From assembly GCA_964458565.1 (NCBI GenBank), contig CAYWJO010000001.1, forward strand, positions 32,001-96,000: 64,000 bases of DNA. The letters run 5' to 3'. The position numbers were made by a program, and so were the translations under genes. The stretch is from an uncultured archaeon (GTDB taxonomy: Archaea > Asgardarchaeota > Thorarchaeia > Thorarchaeales > Thorarchaeaceae). The notes beneath the pieces are model-generated. The model saw only the letters and a list, made by a program, of their open reading frames with translations. It was not told where the DNA came from and ran no database searches. Of the stretch, positions 59,898-64,000 are shown piece after piece (the first letter of the stretch is position 1; each line of letters begins with the position of its first letter).

Positions 59898-60500
59898 ATG
59901 ATCGACGAACCAGTTGTATTTCACATTCAAAAAGGACGATTAGTGAAGATGCCTGATCCGGGTGTATTTGGAAGAGGGGACTGCTATCTAATTGATGCAG
60001 GTCCCAAAATCTATCTGTGGATTGGACCCAACTCGAGTGTTGATGAGAAATTCCTAACAGCTGCATCCGCAGTTATGAAAGATACAGCTAGAAAAGGACA
60101 TGCGGATATTGATAGAATCGAGGGCGGGAATGAACCTGATGGATTCAAAGCACTGTTCGATGATTTCAGGCTGACAGATGAAGATACTGAAGGTATTCTC
60201 AAACATGTTCAATTGCAAAAGAAAGAATTCAAACTGTGGCGGGTACATCATGAAGGAGATGAAACATTCTTTGCGGAGGTGCCATTGAACAAGTCGAGTT
60301 TACATTCAGATGATGTCTACATATTGGATACGTGGGAGGACATCTTTGTATGGCGGGGAAAGGAAGCAAGTGCCAGGGAGAGATTTGATGCCACGATACT
60401 AGCACGACGCTACGATGCCGAGCGTGTAGGTGTACAGGAAATAGAACTTATCGAAGAGGGAGAAGAACCTCAAGAATTCATTGTTGCATTACTCGACTAA
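59898..60500 (+). CDS. Two-domain gelsolin-like actin regulator
   Basis: GDCYLID....IYLWIG..SS.DEK...EGGNEP..F and L.SDDVYILD...IFVWRG.EAS..E...EGEEP.EF. Confidence 0.9.
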   Translation: MIDEPVVFHIQKGRLVKMPDPGVFGRGDCYLIDAGPKIYLWIGPNSSVDEKFLTAASAVMKDTARKGHADIDRIEGGNEPDGFKALFDDFRLTDEDTEGILKHVQLQKKEFKLWRVHHEGDETFFAEVPLNKSSLHSDDVYILDTWEDIFVWRGKEASARERFDATILARRYDAERVGVQEIELIEEGEEPQEFIVALLD

Positions 60501-60509
60501 ACTAAAGAT

Positions 60510-61949
60510 TCAGACCATTCTGAAGTGCCCAGGGCGTGGTTCGAAAACCACGCCATCATCTTTCATTTTCCCAAGCTCCCTCGCTGCAATATGTGTGGCA
60601 ACACCTGCTTCCTCAGCTATCTCTTTTATAGTGGGACCTAGAGACCCACTCTTCCCAGAATCAAGTCTTTTAATTGAGCGTAGTATTTTTGTGTTGTATT
60701 TGTAAGTTGGGTGCTCCTCACCCCAATCTTTCGCGGTTTCTGCTCGTAATGATGTTATCTCAATGTATTCACGTAAAGCTGGTTCGAGTATACTATCCCA
60801 TTCCTTTTTGATATCCTTGGCAGTCACACTCGCTCTCCATCCAGCCCTAGCAGTAGATCGTGCTAGACGAAGTGTACTAAGAGGTCTGCCAAATACATCA
60901 GCATCTAGCAAGTTCCCACGGGTAAGTACATCAGCTCTGAGATCAAAGCTATCTCTGAGATGTTCAAGACGCTCTATCACATGAGCGGTCCCATTATCTA
61001 CACTCTTCTGTGAAACGGTAGGTGAAAGCATTTGGAATGTAATAGCAGATTTGAGAATAGGGAGTCTTAACTCTCTAACATCAGTCCGTTCAATCCAAAA
61101 ATCCTCAGTGGTTAATGCCAGAGGAATGTCAGGGAGAGCAGCTGTGTCTGTATCAGTTAAACTACTAAGAGATACTTCTCGAAACCCGGAAGGATCCCTG
61201 CGTTGAACGCATAACATATCCATCTTCTTCTTGCTTATTTGTCCGACATCAAGACGCCAAATTTTGGGTATATTGACACGCATTCCTCGTACTGCACGGG
61301 TTTTCCAGCGAGTTGAGCGAAGTGAAGGAGGGAGGATTTCCCTCATGAATCTGAGAAGGCGTTTCACTTGAGGTTTTGAAGCTAGCGCTTGAATTCCAGC
61401 CGTGAGACCACCAACACTTTCAAGGTATGGAGGACTTGAAATGTATAGTCGTGCAAAAACACGTTTGCTACTCTCAGCCATTCCTACATGTTCAAAAAGC
61501 ATGCTTGATAATTCTCTGAGATTGAGGGGGGGTTTCATCTCAGAGAGGAACTCTAATTTCTGCGACTCTATTTTTTCAGCCAGGATAGTCCTAGTCACCT
61601 TTTGAGTACGTTCAAGTTGTTGAGGTGCCGCGATATTACGTCCGTATACCTCAATCATATCCCCCTCTTCAGGAAACATTGTCTCATCAGGCATGTAAAC
61701 AAAAATACCCTCTAGTAACCAAGGACTAGGAGTTAGTAGAATGATAGATTTGTTTCTTGTATGTCGCACAAAGCCTCTATATCTATAGTAGGGACCTCGA
61801 ACATGTTCTTCAAATTGATTAAGGAGCAGCCGCTCCCAATGAGTGAATTCAGTTCCCGTACCTCTATCAAAAATATCACTGACAGCAACAGCATCACCAA
61901 GCCGGTCTCGGGTAGTCATATATTTCTCTATGAGATCACGTGCATCCAT
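60510..61949 (-). CDS. Hypothetical protein resembling a degenerate MCM helicase (OB fold, inactive AAA+, winged helix)
   Basis: P..GD.IEV.G, LLRFMREILP, PLSTLRLARSTARA....VT..DI, C-terminal GVVFEPRPGHFRMV; no Walker A/B. Confidence 0.6.
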   Translation of the reverse strand: MDARDLIEKYMTTRDRLGDAVAVSDIFDRGTGTEFTHWERLLLNQFEEHVRGPYYRYRGFVRHTRNKSIILLTPSPWLLEGIFVYMPDETMFPEEGDMIEVYGRNIAAPQQLERTQKVTRTILAEKIESQKLEFLSEMKPPLNLRELSSMLFEHVGMAESSKRVFARLYISSPPYLESVGGLTAGIQALASKPQVKRLLRFMREILPPSLRSTRWKTRAVRGMRVNIPKIWRLDVGQISKKKMDMLCVQRRDPSGFREVSLSSLTDTDTAALPDIPLALTTEDFWIERTDVRELRLPILKSAITFQMLSPTVSQKSVDNGTAHVIERLEHLRDSFDLRADVLTRGNLLDADVFGRPLSTLRLARSTARAGWRASVTAKDIKKEWDSILEPALREYIEITSLRAETAKDWGEEHPTYKYNTKILRSIKRLDSGKSGSLGPTIKEIAEEAGVATHIAARELGKMKDDGVVFEPRPGHFRMV

Positions 61950-61952
61950 GCT

Positions 61953-62915
61953 TCAAACATCCCCACTCGGATTCTTTAGATACTCTTTATAGGCTCGGGG
62001 ATATCTTTCACCAAGCTCTTCTATTGCTGGAATGCGTTCACTGTAGGGAATATAATGGGAACCAAGTTCTGTTCTCTTCAGTTCTGCATCAATAATCCGT
62101 TTCATTCTACGATTGATTTCAAACCCAATGAAATGTCTCCAATTTGCTTTAGCTGCAACTGCAGTTGTTCCATTTCCCATGAATGGATCCAATACAATAT
62201 CACCAGGTCTGGAAGAATAGTCGATACAGCGCTCTACAACATCTAATGGTAGTTTCGTTCCATTTTTCGTTTCACCAGCACGATACTTCCGTTTAACGGT
62301 CCAGACATCTTCTGGGTAATGCTCTAACTTATTAAAAAAGTACTCAGCTGTGTCTTTCACAAGAAGTAGAACATGGTAATGACTGGTCACGAATTTTCTT
62401 TGTGTGAAAACACCAAAAGGATAATGCCAAATTATGTGATTTAGAATGGAAAGGCCAGCTTTGCGGGCTCCATTGAGAACGGATTCTAGATTAGTCCACC
62501 CACTAAAAATGTAGACGGATCCATCATCTCTAAGAATTCTGGGAATTTCAGCAATCCAATCCCTTGTGAAAAACGTGTACGATCCATTAGCTTCTTCATA
62601 TCCTTCGACTACCAACGATTCATCTCGGTTGTAGACACTACTCTTTCCATCGAAATCGATCCCAAAAGGAGGGTCAGCAATAACAAGGTTGATTGAATTT
62701 GATGAGAACCGACGCATTCCTTGGATACAGTCTTCGTATAAGATTGAATCAAGTGCGGTTGCATCAGATGGATTGTTCGTATCCATGAAAAGCTGTGTTG
62801 CTTCGGATGTTGTCCAATCATGTGTAGGGTGGAAGTAAAACTCAGCAAGATTGGGGATATATTTTCGAGTGCGTTTTTTTCGCGGTTCGAGAGGTATATC
62901 ATCATCAACGGTCAT
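61953..62915 (-). CDS. Beta-class N4-C/N6-A DNA methyltransferase (orphan)
   Basis: DPPF catalytic motif precedes DPFMGNGTT SAM-binding motif; GFEI. Confidence 0.93.
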   Translation of the reverse strand: MTVDDDIPLEPRKKRTRKYIPNLAEFYFHPTHDWTTSEATQLFMDTNNPSDATALDSILYEDCIQGMRRFSSNSINLVIADPPFGIDFDGKSSVYNRDESLVVEGYEEANGSYTFFTRDWIAEIPRILRDDGSVYIFSGWTNLESVLNGARKAGLSILNHIIWHYPFGVFTQRKFVTSHYHVLLLVKDTAEYFFNKLEHYPEDVWTVKRKYRAGETKNGTKLPLDVVERCIDYSSRPGDIVLDPFMGNGTTAVAAKANWRHFIGFEINRRMKRIIDAELKRTELGSHYIPYSERIPAIEELGERYPRAYKEYLKNPSGDV

Positions 62916-63005
62916 TCGCTAAGTCGTCCTTCATATTTCAAAATGGGATCATCTAATATGTACATTTTCATCCCATTTTAGCCTGTGTAATAATACAAAG
63001 TTGCA

Positions 63006-64000
63006 CTACAGTAAATCGGATGGGTCAACTCCACGAGATATGGCTTTTTGAGTCATCCAATCCATTAGATTCTCTGGTTTCTCCTTGTGTTCAGCAACAG
63101 GGCGATCAATAAGTTTTAGTGCCGCTTCAGGGCATACGATAGCACATACACCGCATCCAACACATCTCTTCGTATCAACAACACAAACATCATCGGGGAC
63201 GCTCAATGCATTAAATTGGCATCGCTCTATGCATGATTCGCATCCTGAACATAAGTCCACATCCACATGAGCAATATAGTCGGATTTGACTACAGCGTGA
63301 GGATAATCAAACTCAGCGATACCTCTCAATATTCCACAGCAACAAGTGCAACAATTGCAGATGTAATTGATTCCATCTTTAACATTAGACGTACAGTGAA
63401 CAAGTCCGGCGGTTTCGGCATCTCGAAGGATTTTATGAGCTTCCTCTTTTGTTATTGTCTTTGTAAGCTCATCGTCATCAAAGGCATTTTCCGTATTAGG
63501 CGCAAGAATTAGACACACTGTAGTTGGATAAGAGCACGGCTCACCTATCAAAGCCTTCTGTTTCTTGCAAATACACTCACGGATGCCCCAAGAAGAAGAA
63601 TTTTCGACAATATCTTGAGCCACCTCATTAGGATATATTTCAAGTTCGGAATCCACAACTTCATTCACAGCTATTACTTTGAAGGGGGCTGGCTCTGTGC
63701 TCAAAACAGTTCTAAAACCATCCTTCAAATAGAATTCTTCGAATCTATGGGCAAAATCGGAATCCATACGTCCTAGTTGTTCTTCATATATTCCAACTGC
63801 AAAGGGCATCAATCCATATCTTCGAACTCCGGTACGCGATGAGGTCCACGCTCTAATCTGACCCTTTTGGTGCATGGTTTCTAGGAGATTCAGTAAAACT
63901 TCCGAATCATAGTCAACACGCTCACTAATCTCAACAAGTGTTTCTCCACGCAGTTTAAGCTCGCAGGCCAATTCTGCTTCTTCTTCGGTGAAAATCCATT
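63006..64000 (-). CDS. Fe-S protein with C-terminal 2[4Fe-4S] ferredoxin domain (5' end beyond the window)
   Basis: CIC, ICNCCTCCCG, CSGCESC..RC, CVGCGVC..VCP; frame open to the window edge. Confidence 0.85.
   Translation of the reverse strand, partial: WIFTEEEAELACELKLRGETLVEISERVDYDSEVLLNLLETMHQKGQIRAWTSSRTGVRRYGLMPFAVGIYEEQLGRMDSDFAHRFEEFYLKDGFRTVLSTEPAPFKVIAVNEVVDSELEIYPNEVAQDIVENSSSWGIRECICKKQKALIGEPCSYPTTVCLILAPNTENAFDDDELTKTITKEEAHKILRDAETAGLVHCTSNVKDGINYICNCCTCCCGILRGIAEFDYPHAVVKSDYIAHVDVDLCSGCESCIERCQFNALSVPDDVCVVDTKRCVGCGVCAIVCPEAALKLIDRPVAEHKEKPENLMDWMTQKAISRGVDPSDLL

Noticed and set aside
1-64000. Numerous 60-170 aa ORFs antisense to or nested in assigned genes
   Set aside because: They are shadow ORFs of well-supported genes with no independent motifs.

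Overview
Archaeal chromosomal segment, most consistent with an Asgard archaeon, probably Thorarchaeota-like. This is inferred from gene content: a roadblock protein, a longin-like/small GTPase fusion, a two-domain gelsolin, GGGP synthase, TFB and archaeal ribosomal proteins. The backbone is housekeeping: aIF1, TFB, map, GGGPS, hdrA, mobA, hypD, the L22-to-secY part of the S10/spc cluster (with an Hsp20 gene inserted between L30 and L15), adk-DUF106-L34e-cmk-L14e-cbf5, tsr3, tiaS, S13-S4-S11, an intron-containing tRNA-Ser(GGA), RNase Z and others. Two accessory blocks interrupt it. One is about 10 kb between secY and adk (frameshifted HEAT/LRR protein, beta-helix surface protein, zf-PARP protein, ferritin, CPBP fusion). 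The other is about 3.5 kb after the RNase P RNA gene (stop-interrupted HEPN-motif gene joined head-to-head to a 5'-truncated TnpB). Reading the DNA directly added features missing from the ORF track: the RNase P RNA gene (40100-40442) and an upstream degenerate copy of its 5' end, the S14 gene, a CTG start for Fpg/Nei, an A10 slippery frameshift, in-frame stops in two genes, and several structured spacers in ribosomal operons. The best candidate for an undescribed system is a two-gene operon at 60510-62915. It pairs an orphan beta-class DNA methyltransferase with what looks like a catalytically dead MCM-helicase paralog. All family assignments come from motif recognition by eye; no searches were run.
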